64,000 nt of DNA from the NCBI GenBank assembly GCA_964016885.1, contig OZ024740.1, positions 128,898,001 through 128,962,000 on the forward strand, given 5' to 3'. Positions 26,881-40,637 of the stretch are shown here, in pieces; position 1 is the stretch's first letter; each line of letters opens with the position of its first letter. The position numbers were made by a program, and so were the translations under genes. The stretch is from Eledone cirrhosa. Taxonomy: Eukaryota. Below the pieces are notes generated by a model. That model did no database searches and was not told where the DNA came from. It was given only the letters and a program-made list of their open reading frames with translations.

Positions 26881-27164
26881 GACTTTACCAATTTAAATTC
26901 AAGCAAAAATCACTGCTTTTGTTTATGCCTTTATGGCATCGTTTGTAAGACAATTGACTGTAAAATATGTGTATTACAACATTTTTTCTTGGGTCGTCAA
27001 TTTGACACTCAGTCTGATATGGGATAGAAGCAGAATTCAAAGGAGGTTAGAAATACTAATAGGAATAATAATGATAATACTGATGATGATGATGATGATG
27101 ATGATGACAATGATGATGATGATAATGGTGACGATGACGACGATCCTGATGATGATATTGATTT

Positions 27165-27280
27165 CTTCATTAGGTGAAAAGCCAGTAACTTTTGGGGATT
27201 AGAAAAGTCGATTAAACAGTCTCCGATACATTGTTTTATCAACCCTGAAAAGATGAAAGGCAAAGTTGGACTCAGCGGCG
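27165..27280 (-). mobile_element. Decayed SINE (long subfamily)
   Basis: aaccctgaaaagatgaaaggcaaagtt motif plus the tttggggattagaaaagtcgatt segment. Confidence 0.55.
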
Positions 27281-30200
27281 TTTTTCCTGCTCTAAAAGTT
27301 TTAAGAGTTTCCTCGGCTTACGTTTCTATGAAAATTATATTTGTATTGTGACTAACTATTGTATCAGTTCAAAACATTAAAAATATATGTTGATACAATA
27401 AGAAGACCGAAAATAAAAAAAAATGAATGGTATCTATTAGATAATTTTTTACTGTCCTGTGATCAGATCCTGCCGATGATAATTGTATATGTTTTACATT
27501 ATATATGGTTTCAATTAATTGAAGTTTAATTACTTATGACACTCAAATTACTTCTTTTGTTTGCGACATAGATAGAGCTTCCTTCTAAATCATAACATTT
27601 TTCTTTCTAAGTTCATATCGTTTTGTCGATAAAATGAAGTAGCTATTAGGTGGTTTATCTAATATTTCCTCCTTCCATATGTTTTCCTTTGTGTCTACTT
27701 TAGAAATAACTATTATGTCCATCAGTCCTCAATACATGGTGACATTATTCATTTTTTATTGAGGTGTTTTTGATTACTATGTGTCTCTGTCAGACATTAT
27801 TATCAGAGTATTGTGAAGATGTGAAGGAGAATCGCATAATATTATATCATTTCGATTGTGAACAACTTATCAAAACAAAGTGCACCGATGTCGATATTCT
27901 CCTTCCTTCTTTCTGAATCCACAAAATATTAGGTACAATTAATCAATTATGCAATAACCTCGGAAATAAATTGGTTTGTCCCAATAGGAGCATACATTAT
28001 TTGAAATATTTCAGAAATAACTTCTCCATAAGATACAAAATATTAGAATATGCGTTATAATCCGTACAACATTACGTTACTAACACCATAATTACCCCTT
28101 CCAGAGCTATTATTGTCGGAATATGCTTAATGTCATATAAAGCATATTTGCCTCATCCATGCAGAATAGTTATTTGATTCAATATTTGTGTAGCTGTTCT
28201 TTAAATGACAAATTCTATTGATGTTTGGAGTTATTTTAACTGACATAAGTGTATAATACAAATAAGAAAGTCATTGGTGTCACAAATGCCTACAAAACCA
28301 CGTATATATTAATGAATAACCCATAGAAATAAATAACTATTAAACGAAGGATGACGACTACTCGAGAAAGGAGAGCGTCACGGGAATATTATTTGTATTC
28401 GGGCAACGTTCATGGAAAACACAAAGAAATTATGATAATATGTTATCTCCCTATAAAGAATATTTATGAAATATAAACAGAAGAAAGTGTATCTATAAAA
28501 TCCAGCATCCCTCTCGACTCACCTTATTCTTACTTAGTGTTTTACTGCATAGAATTGTACAAAATGTGGTTAAAATTGGCAAAGTGTAATACGATCGAAT
28601 CCTATGCCTAGGTATGAAATCTTCAGAATATATATATTCTGCCCCATGAACCGGAAAGACACTGTAATAGCAGCAGCTGAACAAATAAATTGAATTAATT
28701 TTGCTATACTGAAATACCTTTGTTCGTAGGAATACAGAGCACTGTACTGTCTATTCAATTTGTAAAAAATAGTTGTTGAATGGATGTAAGTATCCCGTTA
28801 TTTAAAAACAAATGAACAGAGGTTATGGTAGAAAACATTCCTTCTATGCAAGCAATCATTTTCATACCTTAATTTACTGAAACCTTCAAATGTACGGAAG
28901 GAAGATTCAGGACAAAATCGTATGAACTGCCGTTGGATATATCAATTACAATTATAAAAAGTATACATGTTAAGGCATATAAATAGAAAAATAAAATGAC
29001 TGCAAAGCTTACATATTATGATTTGTAAAAACATTGCCTATATGATTAATACCCAATTTGTATAAATTATGGACAGAATGAAGTGCTCAGTTTATGATTC
29101 ACTTAAACAACTCGACTTTTATTCCGAATGTGACTCAGCTATTGGTAATCTTAAGATATCTTTTTATGAAATCTGTTTACAGAATGAGTTACTGATTTGT
29201 CAATAATTAGACTGATGTATAAAAGTTAAAAACAGTTACCTTTAAAGTGGATCATTGATTTAAGGATTTTTATTTTATTTGAAAAACGTCGACGTTGTAT
29301 GGAGCTAGAGCGCAACATTAATCATGAGGAAACATACGCTTTCGAGCTTAGATTAAATCTGCTAGCAATACAGTTACTACGTTTACTCATTGTATGATTC
29401 ATCGAAAGTCCTTAGCTGCTAAATCAATCTATTCCGGAATGGGTGTGGTAATAAAAGACACATGGAAACTTCATTAATATTTACCGTTTCAATAACAGTT
29501 TATTCGCAATATTATCCAAAAATACGTAAACTGAGTTTTGAAAAATGTTATTGTATATAAAAGAGCGATGAATATGAAATAATTTAGTTTGTGTAAACTA
29601 ATAAACTAAAATGTTCATATAATGTTGTTTATATCAGAAAAGTACTAAAATCATGCATTTTTTTCTCCCGAGCATTGCCATTTCTATTTATACTATGTGT
29701 CGGAAGTATTGTAGAAGATTAAATAATTTAATGTCTTTGCGAAGGAAGATGATAATCATTTCAAAATTGAAGCAATTGTCAATAATATATAAATATGGAG
29801 ACATATTTCTAATTATTTTATCCCATGGAAGCTAATTATATAACTTATTTTATGTGTTCAGTAATGGTGTATCTATAATGTTATATAATTTCATTGAATT
29901 AGTTCGTTACTAATAATGTATTATGTAAAGAATCCTCATGCGAGTTATATTATTATATTATTTCATTATCTATTAAAATGTAAGACGAAAGACATTCCAT
30001 TAGTGATGTAAAATATAACCTAACATATCCAATCTCTAATAAATATTTTCATAGCACTAGTACTTATTTACTAATAATAGTGCAGGCACCAAAAAAGATA
30101 TAACCCACAGCCTGGCCTTCATAAATCAGAGTTAGTAATATTCTGGGATAAAATATAGTCTGTAGGCATTTCTTTACTTTCCTTACTAAAACAATGTCTA

Positions 30201-32957
30201 TGCCAGAATTGTAAATTATAGCATCTGATAATTCGATAGAAATCCTACAGTTATAAACTCAAGCTCTCTCAATACTAGACCACCGCCGATTCGCCTCTAG
30301 GCTCTATGCCCAATACCTTATATTTGCATATCAGTAACTTGTGTCACATCCAAAACACTTGCGCTGTTTAGAACCTTTACGTGTTAATAACATCATATTT
30401 TACTTTAAGTTTCTGATAAAATACTTATTTTATATGACAGCTGATTCAAGAACACATTGCGCCTAAGAATAGCAGGGAAACACATTAAATGAAATAAAGT
30501 GTAGATTTACATAGTCTATACGTTGTATAGTCAAATATAGTCTATACTTTGAATCGTCTTAACTGTCATATTTATAGTGTACCTTAAGAAGTTGTAAAAT
30601 ACATCGTGTTCTCCATAGAATATAGTGCATGTACATAATTCAAATAAAACACTGTTAACCATATCACAGTTTCATACATCCAAGTTTATTCACACAGCAT
30701 AATATTAATAGATAAAACTTCACAATGAACTGATTTATTGTTGAAATACTCAACAATAACTTAGTTGAAAAATGTTAGTATATTTATCGCGTTTATTTAA
30801 TAGACAGACAAATTATGTAAATCTGACAATGTATCTAAATATCAGGGAAACATGCGTTGCATATTGTTTAGACGTCAGCAATTTCCTTTTATAAAAAAGA
30901 TACATTAACACCATGAAGAACATATAATAGAAAGAGTTTTAACCAAAATGACTTTCAAGACTCCATTATCAAATATCACTTTACTGAAAATTGTCAGTTA
31001 TGAATTCTGGAAGATTTGGCCGGATTTTCTAATATTAAGAAATAGTATTTGTGTCTTTTTTTATACACTTGATTTTATACACGGATCAGTATGATCGAAA
31101 ATCCCTCTATTAAGAAGCATTCCAGTCTGTTTGTTTCCTATGTAAAATGCATTAACCACAGTAGACGTCCTTTTCCAAAAAGGTGTGTTTGATTTGGCAT
31201 GATCATAGGCTGGTGGTAGTTCAAACACCTCGAATGAATGTGTATAAGGCAATCATGTTAAACAACACTTCACCCACAAGCAGCACGATGGTCTTAAGTC
31301 CAAACAAAGCTGACATGAGAAAGATGCAATTCATTGTATATAAATGATTACTAGAGTTAGAACGTTTTTGTACATTAACCAATTTTCTATAGAAAAGAAA
31401 TTTAAACACAGGTTTTCAGAGATTAAATTGTAAATAGTACTGTAACACTAAGGTGGCATTCAACTAATATGTAATGGTATGTTTAATTTCAGTTGCTAGA
31501 GATAGCTGAAATATTGCCTCAAGCCACAGGCTACTAGCTAATATACGGACAACTATAGATAAGTCATATTTATTGTACGGTGTTTGGAATGAAACTATGA
31601 AAGAAAACAAGTATTACGTAGCTTTTGATTTCCAAGGCTAAACACAACCCGAACATGTTCTAACATGTATTTAGTAATGTGCCTACTTGGATCCTGCATA
31701 ATTAAAAAAATAGGAACCATAATATGTATATACATTTATGCTGTTTATCAGTTTCACGTGTATATTAGGAAACGATGACTTAATATTCTATATGTAAAGC
31801 ATATTAAATATACAATACTCAATGGGTTATTCTTCACATTATTTTGTAGGTGAAGGAGAATGATTCATAATGGAAATATACTGAATAAAATAACTGGAAC
31901 ATTATAAAACGAATTTAAAACAAATGAAGATAACAAAAACACACGAAACAAGGAGAATGGGCAGAGGTTACCGCTTGAAATGTATGTGTCTAGTAATCTG
32001 CCTTGAAATACAGGTAATTTCATCCGCTATTACGTAGACGTATACTATACATCGGTGAAACATTTGTCTTATGTTATCGTTAATCTATTATTTCATAATA
32101 ATACAGATACCTATGTATATATATATAAAGAGAGATAGAGGGGGGGGGGTGATCGTGAGAGAGATAAAGAGAGAGAGTGTGTGTGTATGTGTGTGTGTGT
32201 GTAAGTTATAGATTGATGGATGGACAGGGAGTAAGCCATCATGGGGAGGCATGAAAATATGAAAAAAGAGAGGGTGTTATAAAACAAATAAAATGTGAAA
32301 AAGGAAATAACGAATAAACAAAAGAAGAGATATGAGACAGAAATAAAGAAGCATAATCAATATATTGATAAAAATAAATGTTTTATGCACACAAGATTTG
32401 AAAAAAATACCAGACTCGGTATCAATAGTGACAACAGTGGCAACAACAACAGTATTTGCAGCATGAGTAAAGATGCAGCATCATTGTTAATTTTTTTTAG
32501 TATCTTGTTCTTCATTCAGCAAACAAAGGATTGTCGATTTTATTATTATTATCATTACTATGATTATAATCACCATCATCATGGTCATCATTATCTCCAC
32601 CGCATTATTTTACCGAAAATATCGCCGAGGATCGTATCGATTAGATAGCTCAAAATTATTTGGGCCTGATGTAAATAGCACGTTGAGAGCAACATAACAA
32701 AAATTGAAAACCACATGCAAATGAAAAAATAAAATATACCAAATGGGTTTAAAAATAAACGTAAACAGACGAATACAATAACTAAAACAAAGGTGCAGAA
32801 TAAATATCAAAACTTAAATAAAATAATAAATAATTGTTAAACAGTGTGTAATTTACGTGCGTCTAAACATATGCGCGGATAGAAACAGCCGTTGCTCACG
32901 TATAACTTTAACAGTTGGTATTTACGGAAAGTGTACAGTGCAAAACTTTATGTATTT

Positions 32958-33001
<44 letters not shown>

Positions 33002-33688
33002 GGATACACCTTCAGATTGCCGAGGAGTATTCAGAAGTTCGATCACGTGAACACACACAAATGGATATTTATTATCATCTGTGTAATATTAACGCAAATA
33101 TGAGCAGAGAGTGTGTCAGAAAGTGGGTATTTAATTTTCAGGTAGATTGCATCAGATGTGGCTCCAAATTTACAATTGCACAAAACATGAAAGTGTCTAA
33201 AGTGAAACATTCAGCGATATTATATCTACATTCTATATATACACACTCATGAGCGCATACAAACACACAAACACGAAAAGTACAAACCCAAACATACCCA
33301 CACACATATACGTATATATATATGTGATGTAGTATAATTTTGTTAGAAATATCCAAGGGGAAGATCAATCAGTCCAAAGAACGATTTAAGTATAATTATT
33401 TCAAACAGTGACACATAGAGGTACATAGATTTCGTTGAATTATACACCGAAACTATTCAACCTATATATATATAAATTTTTTTTTTTTTTTTAGTATATG
33501 TTGGTTATTTACCGACACCTAGTATGCAGATTGGAGCACTCGACGAAGTACGCAGGTTGGTTTGGTTACTCATATGATTCCCGTTCCTCAGAGAAATAAC
33601 AACCCAACCAGGAGCTGGGCATATCGGTGTATTGACGGAGTAAAACACTTCAACAACATGTGTATCTGTCTCTACCACACCAGTTCGG

Positions 33689-33743
33689 ACTTCCTGAAGA
33701 GGTCACAGCGAATGATGGCTGTCACCGAAATATATATAGCAGT
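33689..33743 (+). ncRNA. Type I hammerhead ribozyme
   Basis: ACTTC CTGAAGA GGT-C-ACAGC-gaatgatg-GCTGT-C-ACC GAAAT ATAT ATA GCAGT, followed by AATAAA. Confidence 0.75.
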
Positions 33744-33810
33744 ACATCTTTAATAAACGAAGCCATATTTTAAATATTTGACTTAATTATTTCATTATAT
33801 ATATATATAT

Positions 33811-33923
33811 AGGAACGAGTAGGACCCCGACGACTGAGCTAAGCCGTTTCGACGGCTAATTCTGGGCGTATTGAGTACTTTAGTGCGTTATGGTCCGCCC
33901 GGTTCCTTACCACATTTCTTCCG

Positions 33924-33925
<2 letters not shown>
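33811..33925. mobile_element. TA-embedded short element (family of 9917-10108), internally inverted
   Basis: Same two-part minus/plus layout as 18738-18874. Confidence 0.7.
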
Positions 33926-33959
<34 letters not shown>

Positions 33960-33964
<5 letters not shown>

Positions 33965-35850
33965 TAAAAGTGAACGAAGAATTAGTATTGCAATATCACT
34001 ATTGATATTCTCCTCCACATGAGCATCGAGTGCTCATCTTGGCATACCGCATGTGGACACAATTCCTTTGCAGCTCTAATACTTATAAATTCCCATTTGG
34101 TTGCTTGGTTGGTGCGATAACCGTATGGTTGTTTATATATTGTCAAAGTTCACACATTATGGGACCTCCTCAGTGATTAGCTTTTATTTTGTTCTGTCCG
34201 ACACCATCTTTTTTGTGAGTTGTGTGTTATGTGCTTAGTTTGCACATGCCTTACGTCCGGGTGTTTGTGTGTGTGCGTGAGTTTATTTATTTATGTATGT
34301 GTTTAATTACTTATCACTATTTGGTTGTTTGTTCTATCTGTGTGTGTCTGATTTGTTTTATTATTATTTTTCTTTGTGTGAGACTGTATGTCTTCATGTC
34401 GTCTTTAATTACTTGTTGTAATGATGCTATTCCACCCATGTCTTCCGTTTAATTTTGATTTGAGTTCGTTTATGTTTGTCGCCTCTGTGATTTGTCTGAG
34501 ATTCGCATCGTCTCTGTGTGTGGATGTAATTTTTATCTCTATGCTCTCTAATATGCCCTTATTATCCTGGCATGTTCGTGAAGTACTGATGCCTTTTTAC
34601 CTATGTATGTTATATTCTTATGCCTACACTGTACATCATATGCTATATACTACGTTCTTTGTTTTGCCATTGGTTTGCGGGATTAGCTTGCAGACTATGC
34701 ATTTCCTATCGGTGCAGGGGTTTCTTTGAAATGGGTATCTTTTACTAATTAGGGTTTTTATGGCAATACCTCGTCTTTCAACTGTCTTAATATTTAATTT
34801 GAGCTTGTCTAGAGCCTTTCTAATCCTGTAAGTTATTTGGCATGTATGGGTTGTATTGACGAACATTACACTACGGTATTTATTGCTATCATACCGTTAG
34901 TTGATTTTCTTTGTCTTATTCCTAATCCTTTATATTCTGTTCTAAAATTTGCTCCTATGCATGAGGCAAGTCGCATTTGCATCATCTACTACAATCTCCG
35001 CCCATCTGGTTCTGGCTCCTTTATATACCCTCATCTTGTCTTTCTGATTATAGCCAGAGAACTGCATGCAGTGGAAGGAGTGTTGCATGTGTTTCCCTAA
35101 TTATTTAGGGATGCACATGCGGGTCTGGCTACTCATCACTCTTTCTAAATCCGCAATCAGTACATTGGCGTTCCGAAACAGCTGAGTTCAGGTGGATCAG
35201 GTATTTGGAGATCATGGGTTTAGCATGATGCGAATGGAGGATTTGCGTTCTATTACTGATAGTTTCCAATTAGAGTTCTGTGTCTAGTACGGGTAATCTA
35301 TGGTTGGGGTGTTTTGTTGGGTACTCTATATTAACTTTAATACCCAGGTAGATGGAGTTAGCTATACGCTAGATGCTTTCCATGGTGTTCTTCTCTATTT
35401 TCTGATTGTTCTCCAGTGGGGATGCTCTTACTGCGATGTTTATGTCACCTACGTGGCGGGAGTACATAGTCAAGGTTATAAAATTGTCGTCTAATTGTTC
35501 CTTAAGTCTTCTGTCCCATCATGCCATAAATAGGTTAGCTATTTCACCTGCAATGCTAACGCCAATAGTTGCCACCCCTCTTGCGGATATGGTTTGCCAT
35601 TAAACCTGAATATATGTTCTTGAAGGGTTCGTTTTATACTGGCCCCCACCGTATGTGCGATCATTTTCTTTAATTCATCATTGTTTTCTGGGTCTGTATG
35701 GCTCTGGTCAATTGAGGTAATGGTCGTTGGTGTGCCTCTCTCCGGCCTTGTGGTGCAGAGGCTGCTGAGGTCATGTGTGTCTAAATACTCCTTTTAGTGT
35801 GTGAGTTTAAGTAGGAGTCCTAGCTTACTGGTATCAAAACTAACACAATT
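33960..35850 (-). mobile_element. Decayed Penelope-like element (RT + C-terminal GIY-YIG)
   Basis: GVSIAGEIANLFMA*WD, MYSRHVGDI (YVDD decayed), CTDRKCIVC..NVVYSI..TYIGK, RQITEATNI..LN..GW. Confidence 0.8.
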
Positions 35851-36142
35851 CCAAATTGCTCTCACTAATCATTTCATATACAAGATATGTTTATAACCGA
35901 CAGTTTTAGGATCTTATTATCTCATGTAAAATATGAATATCATGAAACTGTGAAACCGGCAACTTTATTGTAAATAAATCTTAAAGACTCCGATTGTTCT
36001 ATCTATCCATTTGTCAATATATCTATATAGCTCTATATATAGACAGGCGGATACAAATACGTTTATATATACATTTAAATTTATATATACATATACACAC
36101 ACAGAGACACACAGACATACAGACAGACACATACACACACAG

Positions 36143-36204
<62 letters not shown>

Positions 36205-36939
36205 GTGTGTGTGTATATATATTCATAAAAATATACATATATACAGCTGTCTTTGTATGAGTGTGTGTGAATGAAATGCTCATAAATTGGTGCATATTCG
36301 TGGTGCATATTCATGGTGATAAACGTCTAGAATATTCCTTAATAGTTTTACGTCAATAATATTAGACAGAAACACCGTGGAGGCAAATTAATATAATTGA
36401 TTTTAATTGGTTCATAGAAGTATATGTAACTATCATAAACTTGCAAATAGACATTCTTTGTATGAATTAATTAATTTGTAGACTAATGAAGCGTCAGCTG
36501 CTAGCATTGTAGTTTCTTGATTAAATTGAATATTCCTTTTCTTTAATTACGAATATAGTGGGATGAAAAACATGACAGAGTTACAGTTGTAACAATAATT
36601 TGTAACATTTTGCTCCGGTTCTATATATTCTCTGGCTTTATCGAAACAAAATATTTCATGGGTTTCATTTCTTCGGTTTCGATAGGATGACTAGCAAATA
36701 TATAAATGAGATAAAGTCCTTCCTACATTCACTTCATTGGCATTCATATATGAGAATATGTAACATTAATCCATTTGCATCATGAATAACAAAAATGAAA
36801 CAAACCAATTTTATATTAAATACATCTTTCACTTATTCTTAAAGTTGAAGTACATCTCATAATATATTCTTTCCCATCCAATAAATGAATATCTGTATTT
36901 ATGTATATATGTATGTATGAATATATATATATTGGTGCT

Positions 36940-37505
36940 ACTGGTAACATGTATCCCAGTACAACCTGTCTCATGGTCGGGTCGTTGGCGACTAAACTGG
37001 CAACCCCACCAAGGTTTCTTGGTGAGGAGGGTAACTTTGAACATCCTGCAGGACTAAAAACAAAACCTGTTAAAGGGTAAAGGAGCTCTTAAGAGTCAAT
37101 GGCCATCCCAAATCACCGGGAGAGCTGAACACTTAGCCTTTGTCAAGGCAGAATTCTAGGAGAAGGAAAACTCTGATATAACACCTGCAACTCTGATGGT
37201 ATCCAATGATGTTCACATGTTCTTCTTTTTGGTAAATATCATCTAGGTTAAGAGAGTGGGACTGGCTATGTTCAGTGCTTTTGCTCACTATAAAAGCTTC
37301 ACGGCACAGGCATTGCTTTATATCTGGAGATCTCTCTGCACTTGTCGTCACATGGTACCATGGGCCCAGCACTGTGTGAATAATTTGTACCAGAGTTTTC
37401 AAGTCGCTGGCTGGACTAAAATGTCACACTCGTTCAGCGCATCGATAGGGGTTCTCCTACATGGATATAAAGTAGTGGCCGTACTCGAAAACGAGTTGGC
37501 AGCCA

Positions 37506-37508
<3 letters not shown>
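36940..37508 (+). mobile_element. Probable retroelement 5'-UTR-like repeat; related copy at ~37680-37815
   Basis: Both copies begin ctactggtaacatgta..tacaacctgt. The RTE-like assignment is only an impression. Confidence 0.35.
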
Positions 37509-37597
<89 letters not shown>

Positions 37598-38771
37598 GTG
37601 TGTGTGTGTATGTGTGTGAGTGTGAGTGTATGCGTATGAGTGTGTGTGTGTGTGTGTGTGTGTTTGTGTCTGCCTGCCTGCTACTGGTAACATGTAGCAC
37701 ATTACAACCTGTTGTATGATTGGGTGGTCGGTGAATAAGATGGCTGCCTCACCAAAAGCGGCTTTGGAGAGGTGGGTATAAGCCCAACAGCACAAAAACA
37801 AGAGCTCTCAAATGATGGAAGAAGTCCACAAATTAAATGGCTTTCCACCTCAAATTTTAGTTAAATACCGTCAGGAATCTGAACTTGGCCAAGCGTAGTG
37901 AATTGGCTACACTCACTGCGGTGTTTACACAGGACTATAACACATGCAATACTTAGATTGGTCCTTTATCCTGGCTTCTTTTGTCACTTAAAATATATCT
38001 GGGGAGATGGAGTGGGTGCTCTATGTGTAGTACAAGCACGTAGCGTCTCCATCTTTTTATGCATATATTTCTTCAGAAGTCTCACAACGGTAGAGTGCAG
38101 CTAACGTGTGAAGACTCGACCTGTTAGAAGCTCATAGTTACGATTCTAACAAAGGTCGGCTGAAGTCTTATACTTACGTCGCTGCACCTGAAAAACAACA
38201 TAATTCGGGGGCGTCTTGAGCGTCTGAGCAGACATTTTGGGAAAGCACTACTCACATATACAACAAGGGAAGTTTCTAGAAATGAGTTTTAACGAAAAAA
38301 CAATTTGACCTGTTGTTTAGAAGATGCAAAACAGAGAAAGCAGGTGCAGCTGAAATCAATGTGTTGTACATTTTATAAATATGTACACTAACATACACAC
38401 ACATACAAAAATAAATATATATATAAAGCTATGGGTTGGGGGTACTGGTATTAATAATCGATTACTCGAAATAATTATTGAAAATATAGAATACATTATA
38501 TACGTAGGAGTAAAAATTTGACAGATCACGTGAAAGAAATCGACACAGCCTTGTGAGTGCCTTGAGCACTAAGCAGAGAAGGTTGTGCACGAATTCATTA
38601 TTGTATTGACAATTCATACATGTAGATATAAGTGTAAATATTTTGGTTGTTATTATAAATATTCGGAAGTTATTACCAGTTAAGGCTGAGGACTTGTTAT
38701 TTTGTATCTAAAGATATTTTTTCCAATTCCAACCCACCCGTTCCTTCAATCTATCTTATTTCTCATTCTTA

Positions 38772-38805
38772 CTTCTGATGATGCACTAGCGTTCAAAACG
38801 TCAAG
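38772..38805 (+). ncRNA. Degenerate minimal hammerhead (family of 50085)
   Basis: CTT CTGATGA TGCAC-TAGC-GTTC AAAAC GTC AAG, with G12 mutated. About 60 downstream nt are homologous to the 50085 flank. Confidence 0.55.
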
Positions 38806-38972
38806 ACGGTCTTCCCGCAATTTCAACCGTTAACCTAATATATTCCTTTCATATACTGTACAGATTGTGTTGTTATTTCTGTTTACTTTTCACCTCCCCC
38901 CAAACACACACACCCACCCACACCCACACAAACATACACACGCACACACATACACACACACACACACACACA

Positions 38973-39021
<49 letters not shown>

Positions 39022-39037
39022 CATATATATATATATA

Positions 39038-39085
<48 letters not shown>

Positions 39086-39806
39086 TATATATATACGTGT
39101 GTATAATGGTAGCTATGGTATTTCCATAGGCGGTATGACAAAATTAGCACTCAATATTCTTTCAGAGTGTGAATAGTATCAAAAAACGAAAAATCAGTGA
39201 TGCATCTGAACTCAGTTTATTGCGTGTTACAATTGTTTCGCCGGCAGGGGGCTCGAGACATGATCACTGTATGGATCTGGCTGATTCTACGGCTGCAGAT
39301 TCCTTGAGACACATGCAATTCTTTTGGAGCAAATTTCACTCAGAGTGAGAAAATTTGCTCCGAAATTTTGATGAATGGGCAGAACCGTCTGCTTCGCAGG
39401 ATATTATCGTTGAGTGGCTTGAATCATGTCACCCGTGCAACCTTAATGAACCGCAATTGGAGATCCAGTGTGACATAACGTGTGACCTAACGCACCACCA
39501 GCTTACTGCTGATTAAATCTACAATACACAAATGAGATTCTCCGGCCGATGTTTCATGGGTAATCAACCATATTGGGTATAAGCTTATTTTCGTCTCGTT
39601 ATCGAGTGGGTTTATGTCCGATAAAAATCCCGAAACAATTATCTGATATACTCCTACGTCTATTCAGATGGGGTATTATCATTTTCGAAGATGATTGTGT
39701 GATTATTATACATGCATCCATACAAACATATATAGATTCATACATTCCTAGACACATATATACAATACTCATACACATACACAGATATATATAAATATTT
39801 ATGCAC

Positions 39807-39873
<67 letters not shown>

Positions 39874-39875
39874 GA

Positions 39876-39939
39876 TGAACAGTGAGCTGTACTGATGAAG
39901 GGTGATACCCAGAAACATTAGTGTCTGCAGTTCTGTTCA
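39876..39939 (+). ncRNA. Type I hammerhead ribozyme with long stem I
   Basis: TGAACAG-TG-AGCTGTA CTGATGA A-GGGT-GAT-ACCC-A GAAAC ATTAGT GTC TGCAGTTCTGTTCA. Stem I is about 14 bp with a 2-nt bulge. Confidence 0.85.
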
Positions 39940-40019
39940 CATGCCAACACAAGAGCAAGAATGAACTGTTCATTCTACTAACATGGCTATAAAATTGAGG
40001 TTTGTTTGCATAATTGCAA

Positions 40020-40207
40020 ACGAATCGACAGTATCGGTAGAGGGTCGGACGTCATGCTTTGACGCATAGCATTACGGCCCTTTCCATTCTGAGTTCAAAT
40101 CCCGCCGAGGTCAACTTTGCCTTTCATCCTTACGGGGTCGATAAAATAAAGTACCAGTAATGTACTGGTTTATTGCTGGCCTTGTGCCAGAAGTAGAAAC
40201 AATTATT
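40020..40207 (+). mobile_element. Most complete copy of the tRNA-derived SINE
   Basis: Head, B-box GAGTTCAAATCC, body and (ATT) tail. Confidence 0.85.
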
Positions 40208-40238
40208 AATATTCGAAAAACTCAGATTACATTTATTG

Positions 40239-40274
<36 letters not shown>

Positions 40275-40342
40275 ATTATAGAGTTCTATCACATTAAAAC
40301 TTATAATGTAAATACAATGCTGTATTCACACTAACTAGAGTC

Positions 40343-40432
<90 letters not shown>

Positions 40433-40497
40433 TTTTAATGTGATAGAATATATATATATATATATATATAAGTTTTAATGTGATAGAACTCTATAAT

Positions 40498-40561
<64 letters not shown>

Positions 40562-40637
40562 ATTATAGAGTTCTATCACATTAAAACTTATAATGTAAAT
40601 ACAATGCTGTATTCACACTAACTAGAGTCATATAATA

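Noticed and set aside
31061-31390. Cys-rich peptide CLDLRPSCCLWVKCC after an AG acceptor (ShK-like exon?)
   Set aside because: In-frame stops on both sides and incomplete cysteine spacing.
39224-39312. Minus-strand GAAAC-AATT-GTA with GTGT/ACAC stem I; similar half motifs at ~41690 and ~7745
   Set aside because: The core is too decayed (CTCAAGG) or absent to call a ribozyme, although these may be PLE relics.
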